DNA of 64,000 nucleotides from Hydrolagus colliei (Eukaryota): contig CM068748.1 of the NCBI GenBank assembly GCA_035084275.1, positions 7,812,001 to 7,876,000 on the forward strand, read 5' to 3'. Position 1 is the first letter of the stretch. Every line of letters starts with the position of its first letter. Below, one piece after another: positions 1-12,081 of this stretch. A model generated the notes under the pieces. It ran no database searches. It was not told the DNA's origin and worked only from the letters and a program-made list of their open reading frames with translations. The position numbers and the translations under genes are program-made.

Positions 1-309
1 AAAGATACTGATCAGAGACACAGAGAGGAGCCAGCGCTGGCCACACTCAGCAAATGGTTACAGTATCCAAGCCATGCAGCACCAACCCCCTGAGTCTGCG
101 CACTCGGTCCCCGCTACTTCCTCTTTCGCTTATCCTCCACCCACCCGGCGGATGTGCGCGTATTTCAATTCTGTGTCTATTTATACGGGAAGCTTTAACG
201 TTACACAGTGGGGCCATACACACACACACACCTATATCTACAGAGGCACATGGCTTAACACTGCATGACATGGCTGTTGGATTGCGTCCACCGCCCAACC
301 ATTTCTCAT

Positions 310-354
310 ACAACAACAACAGCCACAAAATTACATTTGTATAGCGCCTTTCAC
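310..354 (-). mobile_element. L2-type LINE/SINE 3' tail with (GTT)n end
   Basis: Reverse complement reads ...tgaaaggcgctatacaaatgtaattttg...gttgttgttg. The same tail recurs about 12 times in the window. Confidence 0.7.
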
Positions 355-685
355 ATAGATTCATAGAATTTTACAGCACAAAAGGAGGCCATTCGGCCCA
401 TCTAGTCTGTGCCAACTCTTTGAAAAGAGCGATTCAATCCCACTGCCCTGCCCGCTCCCCATAGCCTAATAGACCTGTTTTCCCTAAATAAAGATCTAAT
501 TGCCTTTTAAAAGTTGTTATCGAATCAGCCTCCACCACCTTTTCAGGCAATGCATTCCAGATTCGAACAATTCGCTGAGTGAAAAAAATTCTCCTCAGCT
601 CCCCTCTACTTCGCCTTGAAACTATTTTAAATCTGTGACCACGAGTCACAGATTCGCCCACGAGTGGAAATAGTTTTTCTCTATC
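354..685 (-). mobile_element. CR1 LINE 3' fragment (ORF2 C-terminus plus 3'UTR, TTCTATGA-type tail)
   Basis: Minus-strand translation DREKLFPLVGESVTRGHRFKI...FFTQRIVRIWNALPEKVVEADSITTFKRQLD...GYGERAGQWD* is the typical CR1 ORF2 end. Near-identical copies at 10269-10470 and 23591-23943. Confidence 0.9.
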
Positions 686-785
686 AGGATAATCAGAGTG
701 AATCTTAACACGCACTAGGTATATGGCCATATGCTTTAAGTCTTGTAACAGGGTGACCGGAAAGTGTGGTGATACCACTGTGTAC

Positions 786-1381
786 TAGGGCCCGGCGATA
801 TATCGATATATCGCTAAAACCCAATATAATTTTCATATCGATACGCCGATATAGGCATTTTAAAAATATCGATATATCGATTTTTCGATATATCGAGGTA
901 AAAAATCGGAATGCGCGCACACTGAACTACAAGACCCAGAATGCTCATCTCTATACACAATGCACAGACCGAGGTGCAAAGCCGCCATATTGTATTCGTC
1001 GTACTCAAATACAATATACAGATATGCAAGGGATGGAGGGGGGGGTCGAGAGACGGCAGGGGGGGGGTCGGAGAGACGGACGGCGGTGGGGGGTGGGGAG
1101 AGAGACGGGGTGGATGTGATAATATACAGATAGAGATGGGGGGGACGTGAGAGAGGAGAGAGACACAGACAGAAAAACACAGAGATGGAGAGAGTGAGTG
1201 TGAGAGACAGAGAGAGAGAAAGATATTTACCTCCTGAGGAAATAGGCCCCGAATGCGCGTGCACCCCGAATGCGCGCGCATGCGCAGTACGAAAAACCCG
1301 AAAATATCGATATTTCGGTATATCTCGATATGATCCCATCGATATATCTAAATCGGAAAATTTCCATATCGACGGACCCTA
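786..1381. mobile_element. Non-autonomous hAT transposon (MITE), copy 1
   Basis: TIRs TAGGGCCCGGCGATAT / ATATCGACGGACCCTA. Perfect 8-bp TSD CTGTGTAC (778-785 and 1382-1389). Dense subterminal ATATCG/TATCGATA repeats. Confidence 0.92.
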
Positions 1382-1552
1382 CTGTGTACATTGTCTGATA
1401 AGACAGAAAAAGTATGATAGTTTTGTTTGGGTTTGGATAATACAGTAGCTATCACAACTTTTTAGTCAACAGTATTTAAACAGAGGCAGGTGTCTATGTT
1501 TAAAGAAGAATTGGACACCTGCTTGACGAGCATTCATTAAAAAAAAGGATAT

Positions 1553-2000
1553 CACATAGAATTATATGGAATATACAGCACAGAAACAGGTCATTCAGTC
1601 CAACTGGTCTATGCCAGTGTTTATGCTACATAACGAGTCTCTTCTTGTCTTTCCTGATCTAAGCCTATCAGCATAACCCTCTATTCCTTTCTCACTTATG
1701 TCCTGTACTTATCTAGCTTCCCCTTAAATGCATCAATACTATTTGCCTCAACTACGCCTTGTCAGGTGACGAGTATATTTATGGCCCCTGGTTTTGGTCT
1801 CCCCGCAAGTGGAAACATCTTCTCTATGTCAAAATTATCAAAACCTTTCATAATTTTAGGTCACTTCTCACCCTTCTCTTTTGAAGCGAAGTGTGCAAGC
1901 TTGTTCAGCCTTTCCTGATAAATATAACCTCGTAGTTCCGGTATCATCCTTGTAAATCTCCTTTGTATCTTCTCCAGTATCTCTGCATCCTTTCTGTGGA
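1553..2000 (-). mobile_element. Degenerate CR1 LINE 3' fragment
   Basis: Starts acatagaattatatggaatatacagcacagaaacaggtcattcag, an antisense CR1 3'UTR pattern, followed by decayed ORF2-end sequence. Confidence 0.7.
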
Positions 2001-2849
2001 TCTATGGAAAAAGCAAGGAATAGGATTAAAGTGGATAATTAAAGTTGCAAATAATCTACACAGAGATGAAGCATGGTGATATATACTGAACCGAGTGTAC
2101 AGAAGTAAATAAAGCATTAATTAAACATGTATTTTGTTGATCCAATTCCAAATTTGAGTGATGTTGGGGCAATAGTGCAATATAATGATCGCATAGCTCT
2201 TAATTAACTAGTGGTAGGATAAATGACGCAATATATAGTATTTCATTGTGTTCATCCACCCAATGTGAAAGGCGCTGTACAAATGTCATTTTGTTGTTGT
2301 TGATTACATGATGCTTTACCCAGCAGATATGTGCACCTTATGCTGGGCAGGATTTACATATGGGCTCAACTCCAGTACAGCATATACAATAACAACAGCT
2401 TGCATTTACTCTGGGATGCGGTGTAGGGTCTCAGAGCACTTGACAGTGTTGGAGTGTGACCCCCGAGCCTTTATATGCAGTTTATATTATTTAGCGGTCA
2501 GTTATCGCACATAATAATATAATAATAAAACATATACATGGAATAAAACATATATTCCAGTTTCACAAGAATTACACATAATTACCCTTGGTTTACACAA
2601 CAAAGTGGTTTTAAATTGTACAAATGCATAGACTTTAAGTGACGATTGTATATAACAGCTCCGGTGGGATTTCACAGGATGTGGAATTTTCCCTGTTAAA
2701 ATTAAAGTCAGACTGTTGAGTTGGACTCAGAAAATAATTCTGTGCCAGGTAGAAATGAGATTTCTGCTTTTTGGGCCCCAAGTTAGGGGGGCCTGGATCT
2801 TAATTGGCAACGTTGTCCATAGAAAACTGCAGTTCCACTTAGGAATACT

Positions 2850-3070
2850 GTCTTTGCGTTTAGATATTAATCTGAGGTCATCCAGTTCAGGTGGTTGCTA
2901 AAGATCTCATGGGACCACTCAAAAAATAGGGTATTTCTCCTGGTGTCCTGGCCAACAATTTTCCAAATAAAATTGGTGATTCACTTTGTGCTGCTCACAG
3001 GACATTCCTGTTCTCTAACTGACTGACCCGTTTTGCGTACCAAATACAGTCATTACATTTTACAGTAATT
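2850..3070 (+). mobile_element. Ancient Deu-domain SINE remnant
   Basis: caggtggttgctaaagatctcatgg...ttctcctggtgtcctggccaac resembles the Deu domain of AmnSINE1/SacSINE1 (recalled consensus). Confidence 0.6.
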
Positions 3071-4089
3071 TTAGTCAATGCTGTGTGAAAACATTATATT
3101 TCTGTGTCACTGTTGCCTGAAATGTTTCAAATCATTTGTTTTGTAAAATGATTAATTAAGTTATTGTTTCATAGTAATACGAGAGTTTGAAACCATCTCC
3201 TCAAGTATTCCATTAAATTACTATATCCCTGAATGGTATCTGAAGACAATGACAGAAAAGACAGACATATTGGCCACACCTTAGGGTTTGTTACTCCAAA
3301 AACAGTGTGGGTGAAATTAGGAGTGATTGTATCACACTAATGTTAACCACTGTATTAGAAATCGACCATGAGAAAATAGACCGCACATAAGCAATTATTT
3401 CAATACTAGTTACTAAAAAGTGGAAGTGTTTCAGACTGAGATAATGAACACAGGCATGTTCTTAATGGTTAACATTCCTAGAGAGAGAAAAAAAAGACTT
3501 ATTTCTGTCTCATGATTCCCATATTGGTTGGGAAGATAGAAAGAGGAGGAAGCTGGGTCCCATGAGAATTTACTGGGTCATGGGAACGACATAACTTTTT
3601 GTGAGAACAAAAAGGGCAGTCAATAACTATGGACTGCAAAGCTGCTCATGTAAAGCAGTACATTATTGATGATGTTGTTTGGAGTCACAATTGCTATTGT
3701 TGGCTGGAAAACAACCTATTTCCGTATGCCTTAATTTGCAAAATTAAAATGATTTTAATCTAGTCATTTCTTTTCCTTTTTTATGTAAAATGCGTGACTC
3801 GGTGAAATTTGTATCACAGTGTTGTTTTGACATGAGCCTGCAGTTAACCAAAAATTTCGGAGTTGTCTGTACAAATGTGGGCTTGAGGATACTTTATTTT
3901 TTGAAGGGAAAGTTACAAAGAAAGAGAAAGGTAAATAACATTATGATGCAGATTCCACTGTGTTACATTTCTTACATACAATTGGATTGGCAACTCCAGA
4001 ACAATAATAAAGTTTTTGCTTCCATCACAATATAGTTGCGTGGGCTCCAGTACCAAGGCCAAATAATTATTATTCTGGGCAACAGAGCA

Positions 4090-4358
4090 GATTTTTCAAC
4101 TGCAGGAGGCATCACAGCCGCACCTAATCCTGTTCAAACCCAACATCCATACATACATATGCATCTTCCAGCGGGAGTCTCCAGACAGTAAACAGAAGTG
4201 GGAACCCTGAGTGATTTACCTCTACCTAACCTAGATGGTTGAGGCCAATTACACTTCCCCAACTGCTAATCTGACTGAGGTCAATTAACTCAGCAAAGCC
4301 TGGGATTTAATTTTCTGTGTGACATTGTGCCAGGTGCCACTTTTACCCACTCAGCCAA
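4090..4358 (-). mobile_element. Ancient tRNA-SINE remnant (AmnSINE2-like)
   Basis: Reverse complement has tggctgagtgggtaaa head, gctgagttaattgacctcag, aattggcctca, cagggttccc, gctggaag and ggctgtgatgcctcc blocks. Related decayed copies near 26290, 38640, 54030 and 55740. Confidence 0.55.
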
Positions 4359-5626
4359 GCAGAAATCTTACTTCAAATCAGGTTAATAAGCCTTCTTACC
4401 TCTTCACTAACTACAGTGTATGGTTACATTTAAAATGTGGGCAGTTGTATTGAATCCAATCCATCTGCTTCAAAGCTTAGACATTTCTTGGACCCAAATA
4501 TCAAAGATTCCAGTTGCTGCTTTGAAGCCGGAGAATTAGCATAAAAGCTGTAACCTTGTGTCAAACCTTCAAGGCATGAATCAAAATGAAGTTAAGAATC
4601 TGATGTAAATAAATATGATTTTATTACCCTTTTAGATTAGCAGTATCTCTGATCTCACAATATAAATAATTTTAAAATATTTAAATGCTTTGTGTTAAAG
4701 TATTTTACTATAGTGTATATTACACTAAAGTAAAAGATTCCATCCAATTAACGACAATAACAACTTGGATTTATATAGCGCCCTCTACGTAGCGTCTCGC
4801 TTAAAATACAAATCTTTATCTTAAAGTTTTCCATCAAAATAAATTACAAGTGGTGCAAGTTTCATAAATGGGAACTTTACTGATTGGCTGCATATTGCTT
4901 TCTTTTCAGATCAACCAGTCACCAATTTTTCGCTCTACTTGCATTTTATTGTCTGTACAACAACAACTTGCACTTATATAGTTCCCTCCAAGCAGGGGAG
5001 TATCTCAGCACTTAACAGTGGCAGAGCCTGACTCTGAGCTGTGGGTGTGGAAGGTTTTCAGGCAGGACTTGAAAAAGCGGGAGAGAGGGGGCAAAGTGGA
5101 GGGATTGAGAGTGCGTTTTTTTTTAACAGATGCTAAAACCTTTCTACTCTGATCATAGAAGCTCCAGCAATGGATTACTGCACTCTCAGACTGTCTAGGT
5201 TTTGAATTGCAGCTTTAATTGACATTAGCGCAATTCAGTAGGTTTGGACTGAGATGCAGTGGGGACACGCCCTGTGTCCCAGAGGTTTGGAGAAAAATAG
5301 CGCAAAAAATTCAAACAGATGCCATCTGATAAGAGGATGGAATACATGGTCCTGTGGCAGTGTCAACCGACTTTCTATGTTGAAAGAGTTGTGCCATTGA
5401 AAGACAGGGTTGAAGATCTACAAAGAGGAAAAATGACAGTAGATTAAAATCATTTGTAAATCCCGTCTTCACTGCCCTTTTTTAAATCTCTAAGACTCCT
5501 TTGCTCACAACTCTATTGAACATGGTAAACAATGTTTTAACATTTTTCTTGAAATTGTTCCAGGTCACAGCAGTCGCTTTTCAGGGGCCAGAGCTCCGAG
5601 ACGCTATCCTTCATGAAGTGTCCTGC

Positions 5627-5940
5627 AATAATAATCCTTGCATTTGATAGAACACTTTTCATGTCTTCTAGATGTCTGAAAGCACTTCAATAGAATATTC
5701 TGTAAAGTGAATTGACTGTATACTTGTGGACGAAACGTGGTAGCCATTTTGCGCACAGCAGTGTCCCACAAACAGTCGTGAATAGTGTGACCAAATTATT
5801 ATTATTGGGGGTTTTTTGGACGGATTATTATTAGTCGTGTGGAGTAAGGAAACTTGCCCAAGATTTTGCCCTGTAGGGAATTGAACCCAGGTCTCTTGCT
5901 TGTAAGGCAAGTGCTCCAACCACTGAGCTACAGGACTCCA
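5627..5940 (-). mobile_element. Full-length tRNA-derived SINE with (ATT)n tail
   Basis: Reverse complement: ggagtcctgtagctcagtggttggagcacttgccttacaag...gggttcaattccc (A and B boxes), body gtgggacactgctgtgcgca, tail aaatgcaaggattattatt. Confidence 0.88.
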
Positions 5941-6159
5941 GTGTAATGCAAGTGGTTGTTGTTTGTTTGCCCTTGTACTATCAACATACACTGACAAAGA
6001 AACATTGCAAGACCCAGTATACTTACACAACTGATATACTGTATTTGAAAAGCAAATATTTATTGATCGACAAACAGTAATACGTAGCAGTTTTCACAAT
6101 ATGGTGAGGAGGAGGAGCACCACTGGTAACTATATCATAACTATATCATAACTATAATA

Positions 6160-7070
6160 AATTGGTCATTTCAATCCACGACTGTTGTGGGAGACTGCTG
6201 TGCGCAATTGGCTGTCACTTTTCACCCACAAATATATTGTTAATTCACTTTACAGTATATTCTGTGAAGCGTTTGAGTCGTCTAGAAGACATGAAAAGCA
6301 CTATATCAAATGCAAGGATTATTATTATTATTAAACCAAACCAGTACTCCAACCTATCTTGGCAGTGAAATTGCATTCAATTGTCAATCAAAGCAGCAAA
6401 CATGCATAAGAGCAGATTTTTAGTTCCTCTGTACTTTCAAAATACACTACTGGGTAAATGCTTGGTTGGACAACATTAGCTGTCACAGAGCATGTTCAAA
6501 GACAATTGGTTACATCCATTAACTGTTTGAGAACCATGGCTTCTCTTTTTTTAAGTGTATACTGTAATTTACAAATAACATACAACAAAATCACAATTTT
6601 AGGCTAGTTATACCTCCCAGTTTGCAATGATCACAAGCCGTTTTAATAATAATAATCCTAATAATTCTTGCATTTGATACCGAGCCTTATCACGTCTTCA
6701 AGACGTCTCAAAGCACTTCACGGAATATACTGTAAAGTGAATTGACTGTATATTTTGTAGGCAAAACTGGGCAGCAAATTGCACACAGCAGAGTCCCACG
6801 CAATAAAAAAAACAGTGATGGATTAACTACTTCAGGTCTGATCAGAAGGTACCGCACCTCTGACAGTGCTGTTCTTCCCCAGCCCCCTTGTGCTGAAGGA
6901 TCCAGTCTGGAACTGTGAGCTCAAAGTCTGGACGCAATTATATTTTGCCCGCAAACACAGTTAATTCACTTTACAGTGTATTCTGCGAAGCGCTTTGAGA
7001 CGTCTAGAAGACACAATAAAGCGCTGTATCAAACGCAAGGATTATTATTAGTAATTATTATTATTAATAA
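6160..7070. mobile_element. Cluster of three 5'-truncated SINE copies in alternating orientation (6160-6332 +, 6645-6800 -, ~6935-7070 +)
   Basis: Shared body aattcactttacagtatattctgtgaagcg and aaatgcaaggattattatt tail. Confidence 0.8.
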
Positions 7071-7395
7071 TTATACAGTGTGTATGGAAGACCCACTCCT
7101 CTGAAGTCTTGTGACTTCCCACAGGAAGCACGGGGCTAGTAATCTAGTTGATGTGTTGGTTATTTATATACAGTACAGTATATATACTGTGGGTGTTCGA
7201 TGTGATGATATGTGCGAGCAGCGAGTGAGTTCCTGGGTGTGGGTTTGTTTGGACCAGTGAACAGTAACAGTAGTTTGTGGGGCTGGTTTTAACCCTCGGA
7301 TGGGAAGTCTCGGGGAAGCTGCAGGAAGGGAAAGAAAGGAGCATCTGTTTTGAAGCAGCTGAGTTTACTGAACTGTCATTGAGAGAAGCCACAGC

Positions 7396-7423
7396 GAGAG
7401 AGAGAGAGAGAGAAAGAGAGAGA
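7396..7423 (+). repeat. (GA)n microsatellite immediately upstream of the RNLS start codon
   Basis: gagagagagagagagagaaagagagaga directly before atgagATG. Confidence 0.9.
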
Positions 7424-7427
7424 TGAG

Positions 7428-7545
7428 ATGACTCGAATCCTGATCGTGGGGTCAGGTCTGACGGGCAGCCTGTGCGCCTGGCTTTTGAGGAGAGAAATGA
7501 AAGAAAAAGTAAAATTAGTGGTTTGGGACAAAGCCAGTGGAGCAG
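7428..7545 (+). CDS. RNLS: Renalase coding exon 1 (start codon, FAD-binding Rossmann GxGxxG)
   Basis: ATG at 7428 translates MTRILIVGSGLTGSLCAWLLRREMKEKVKLVVWDKASGA(G), matching the human renalase N-terminus [20 protein letters not shown]...VWDKA. 118 nt, donor AG|gtcagt at 7546. Confidence 0.96.
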
Positions 7546-8186
7546 GTCAGTGGTGAGGAGTGGGGGGGTGGGCGGGGGGTTGTCCCTGTCTGGTGAGGAG
7601 TGGGAGGTCAGTGCTGTTTGTAACTCCTGGGACTTTGTCAATGTGTTGGTGACTTAAGAACCTCTTATGTGTGTGTTTCCCACAATAAGGAATTTCACAT
7701 GACAGTTCCTCAGCCTCACTAAACTATGCCTGGGCTCTGGGTGTCTTGGTTCATTTGCATTTGGATTGGGGGCGGACAGAACAAGCTTCAGCAAATGTAC
7801 TTTTTAAAAAAAAAATAAACCCAAACTTTTTTTTTAAATATTTTTTTTACTCTTGAGCAAAACTCAAGAGTTGCAGCCAAATAATCTGCCACCTTTTATA
7901 CTACCAATGTTTCCATTGACTGATTTCCTGTGATATACACACAAGCACATATATATAGTATACCGTATATGTGATCATCCTTATTACACTTTCACCAATA
8001 TTGTCGTAACTCGACAGTTCACAACACCATAAATAAGATTTTTTTTGGCCACGTGAATTAGCCTGGATGAAATAATATAAAAAGTTAACCTTTTGTTTTC
8101 TGAGGCTCAGTATATCAAGACTATAGTAACGTACAACATTATTACTAATTATGTTCATTAATTATATCCATTATTTTTTCCTTTAA

Positions 8187-8306
<120 letters not shown>

Positions 8307-9940
8307 TAGAGCTTAATGTAGTTTATTCAATGTGTATTTATTACTTTTTTTTTAAAAAACTTGCATTAAATTTGAATATTCAAACTAATCATTCAACATG
8401 TTTAACTAGCAGATTGGTCCGAATAGTATTACAACAGACAACAACAAAATTACATTTATAGAGCGCCTTTCACGTCGGTTTTCCTCTCTGATTCTGGATC
8501 AGTATAAGAGAACACTGGATTTAAATTTGGAAAGAGCGTTTTCAAGGAATATACCAGAGAGTATCAGGAACATTGTTATCAGGAAAGCTTGTTGAGGGCA
8601 GGATGCTGGACTTTTTTTTCCCCCAAAAAGCTTGATTTGGTGATGGAAGAATGTTTGGGTGTGTATTCTGGTAGAATAAGATTAAATAGATCAAAGGAGC
8701 TTCTTCATCTGAACCTCTCCTGAATACATTAGCCTGAAAATCAGTAAACAGGATTCAGACAACTAAGAACCATTTTTGCTTTAGCAATTAGAAACGTTAT
8801 TAGGCCCTGCAAGCCCATGCATTTATGTCAGTTGCCTTGTAAACCTATCCCTTAATTTCTTCTTTCTTCAGAAATGCATGAAATTCCTTCATCAACCACA
8901 CAGTGTAAGTGCTTCAGCCCTCCTTTGTGGAAGCCTATTTATTGTGCAAGGCCATTATTCCCACAGTTACAAACAACAACAATAACAACAACAAAATTAC
9001 ATTTGTGCAGCGCCTCTCGCGGCTGGGGGACTGGCCAATCAGTGTTTCAAACTCAACATCGGTCTGGCTTCCTTCTTACTCCAAATTTTGATATTAAAAA
9101 TTTCACTATAGTACTAAAATGTAAACTACTGCTACAAAAGACTACACCATTGGGAAGAGATCTGGAGAGAGAAACACTCACCTTTGTCAGGGCAGGTGCC
9201 ACAAAGGAGGTGGTATGGAGATGGCTGTCACTGAGTATGAGACAAACACTTCAGTGCAGGAGCCTGAATGTTTGCTTTTGTGCTCTTAATGTTCTCCTGG
9301 GCATTTGATGTCCTCAGATATCAAGAATATGAAAGCAGAGATGTGAGCAATCCTGTCTGTGTATAGAACCACATTATTAAATTATTCAGTTACATTGAAC
9401 CGTGAGCTGACTTTAAACTGAGATGGGCCAGCGGCAAACATTGTGTCAATGTCAGGATTAAGAAACAGGAAACAACAGATTCACTTTTTTTTAAATATGT
9501 CTCATGTTCACTTCTGGGGTGATAAGTGATGCTCCATGTAACCTGACTAAGGCCTGATTCACAGCGATCATTTGCTTCCACGTTTTAAAGCAATATTTTG
9601 CACAGTGAATGGTATCCATTAAGTGAGACTTAACCTTGAGTAATTTTTACGATTTAGAGCAATTTGTATTTTCCTTCCTTCTAGCTAATCTGAGAGAATA
9701 ACTCCATAAACGGGAGGGAATCCAAAACTTTACATTGGGTGCAAGGATTCCGACAGTAATCAAATCTGAAAATAATCATTGTCACTTGTGGTAAATACAG
9801 GTTCTGGGTTGGGTTCATGCTATTCCAGAAAAATATCAGTGGAATGTCAGGTACTTCGAGATTATAGAAGGAGCTTTTACCACAGTGAGGTAGAGGTTCA
9901 CATCAGAGCCCGGGATGCACACATCATACTGGAGCACATT

Positions 9941-10270
9941 GTGGAGCTCCTGTGGCTCAGTGGTTAGAGCACTTGCCTTACAAGTGTGAGACCTGTGTTC
10001 GAATCCAGGCAGATCAGGGCAAAACTTTGGGCAAGTTTCCTTACTCCACACGCCTAATAATAATAATCCCTCCAAAAAACCCACAATAATAAAGAAAAAT
10101 TGGTCATTTGATTGCACGATTGTTTGTGGGACACTGCTGTGCGCAATTGGCTGCTGCGTTTCACCCACACAAAAAAAATACAGTCAATTCACTTTACAGT
10201 ATATTCTGTGAAACTCTTTGAGATGTCGATAAGATGTGAAAAGCGCTAAATCAAATGTAAGGATTGTTAT
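9941..10270 (+). mobile_element. Full-length tRNA-derived SINE
   Basis: A box TGGCTCAGTGG (9953), B box GTTCGAATCC (9997), tRNA-Val(TAC)-like loop cttacaa, body gtgggacactgctgtgcgcaattggctgc, tail aaatgtaaggattgttat. Confidence 0.9.
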
Positions 10271-10470
10271 AGAATCATAGAATCATAGAATTTTACGGCA
10301 CAAAAGGAGGCCATTCGGCCCATCTAGTCTGTGCCGGCTCTTTGAAAAGAGCGATTCAATCCCACTGCCCTGCCCGCTCCCCATAGCCTAATAGACCCGT
10401 TCTCCCTAAATAAAGATCTAATTCCCTTTTAAAAGTTGTTATCGAATCAGCCTCCACCACCTTTTCAGGC
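10269..10470 (-). mobile_element. CR1 LINE 3' fragment inserted in a SINE tail
   Basis: agaatcatagaatcatagaa tail repeats. Nearly identical to 354-549. Confidence 0.88.
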
Positions 10471-10619
10471 ATTATGTTATTATTATACTACAAACACACT
10501 GGCTCATGATAAATACAGCTGATAATAGTGCAGTTAATTTTCCTCCGCCTCCACTCCAGGGTTCATGTTCTTGCTCATTATGAACAGATGCTGAGACAAA
10601 GCATTTGACTTCAGCATAT

Positions 10620-10940
10620 AATAATAATAATAATAATAACAATAATAATAATCCCTGCATTTTGATATAACACTTTTCATATCTTCTAAATGTCTGAAAG
10701 CGCTTCACAGAATATACCATAAAGTGAATTGACCATGTGGGCAAAACGCAGCAGGCAATTGCACACAGCAGTGTCCCACAAACAGTCGTGGATTGAAATG
10801 ACAAATTTATTTTTTTAAGCAATGATTATCAGTCATGTGGAGGAAGGAAACTTGCCCAAGGTTTCACTCTGCTGAAAATTGAACCCAAGTCTCTCGCTTG
10901 TAAGGCAAGTGCTCTAAACACTGAATTACAGGACTCCACC
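10620..10940 (-). mobile_element. Full-length tRNA-derived SINE
   Basis: (AAT)n tail at 10620, antisense body, head ending ...cactgaattacaggactccac. Confidence 0.85.
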
Positions 10941-11460
10941 AATATGTGAATGTATTCTGTTATTTAAGAAATAATGGCGAATCTCTTACAGTATATTTAA
11001 ACCTGTGAATTGTACCAAAGACAGGAGTGACTTTTAAATGCCCTCAGAATGAAGAGAATGACTTATTATTTATATGTTCCATTCAACCTGTAGTTGTGAT
11101 TGTATGTGAATAGTAGTCATTCCTGTTATAGTATTAAATGTACAGTAATTCAAATACTCTATGTCAATCTTCCTCAAATAAAGCCTTTAGAATTTTACAG
11201 ACAGAGGTGCTTTTCAGCTCTTTGTAGCAACTACCGTACCTCTAATAACCTTGTGAATGTTATCCATTAAGTGAGATTTAACTAAAATGAACAACAATTT
11301 GCACTTAAATGAGTAACATCTCAAAGCACTTTGCAATGAGAAAGCGGATCATCAAAAGTGGGTTGGAAAAGAGATCAAAGAAATACACGAAGAGGGAAGA
11401 GTAAATGTATAGACAGATTAAATATGTTTGACTTTTGTTCTTTGATATTTTGTTTTTCAG

Positions 11461-11606
11461 TTTTTATGAAGAATTGCTATCACGTGGCATTTTGAAACCA
11501 TTACTGAGCCCCATGGAAGGTATGATACAGAGAGAGAAAGGAATCGCCAACTATATGACACCACAAGGGGTCTCTTCTATCATCAAGCATTATCTCACTG
11601 AATCAG
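11461..11606 (+). CDS. RNLS: Renalase coding exon 3
   Basis: Acceptor tgtttttcag|, donor AG|gtagag. Encodes [48 protein letters not shown] (human ...[15 protein letters not shown]). 146 nt. Confidence 0.97.
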
Positions 11607-12081
11607 GTAGAGTTATCAGCCCGTTTCATCCTGTCCATCTGCTAATTTATTTTGCATGCCGTTTTGTGAGATCATACAGTATGTTATTTATACTCTGCTG
11701 GGTGTGCCCTTAGGGAGTCCAATGCTCACTTTATACAATACTCTTTATGGTGAATCTATTATGGGAAATAATAATACAGTACTTGCATTTGATATAGCAC
11801 CTCATCACGCCATCGAGATGTCTCTCGACGGAGTGGACTGACTGTGTATTCTGTGGGCGAAACCCTATAAATTATGTTGAGCAGCACAATCTGAAAGCAA
11901 ATTACTGTGGACCCCCTATCAAGTTTTGCTTAAGTTACACATTGAGTTTTGTGTATAGATTTTATCACTATAAGTGTGAAAACGGTTCAAAGAAGAACAA
12001 TGAAGATCATCCTGGATTCTATCTAAACTAGATTCTATCTAAAGATTTGTGGGGCCAACACCAGGTGGACCTTAAAATTGT

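Noticed and set aside
1-75. Minus-strand frame ending ...RWLLSVSLISIF, reminiscent of a gastric-lipase signal peptide
   Set aside because: The upstream in-frame ATG is followed by TAA at codon 6, there is no good acceptor, and the window edge prevents checking.
766-1448. Several overlapping ORFs of 69-159 aa
   Set aside because: They run through the hAT MITE's ATATCG repeats and GA-rich interior; low complexity and no transposase motifs. The same applies to 34252-34828.
9941-10015. tRNA-Val(TAC)-like gene
   Set aside because: No closing acceptor stem, and it continues into a SINE body repeated many times; it is a SINE head.
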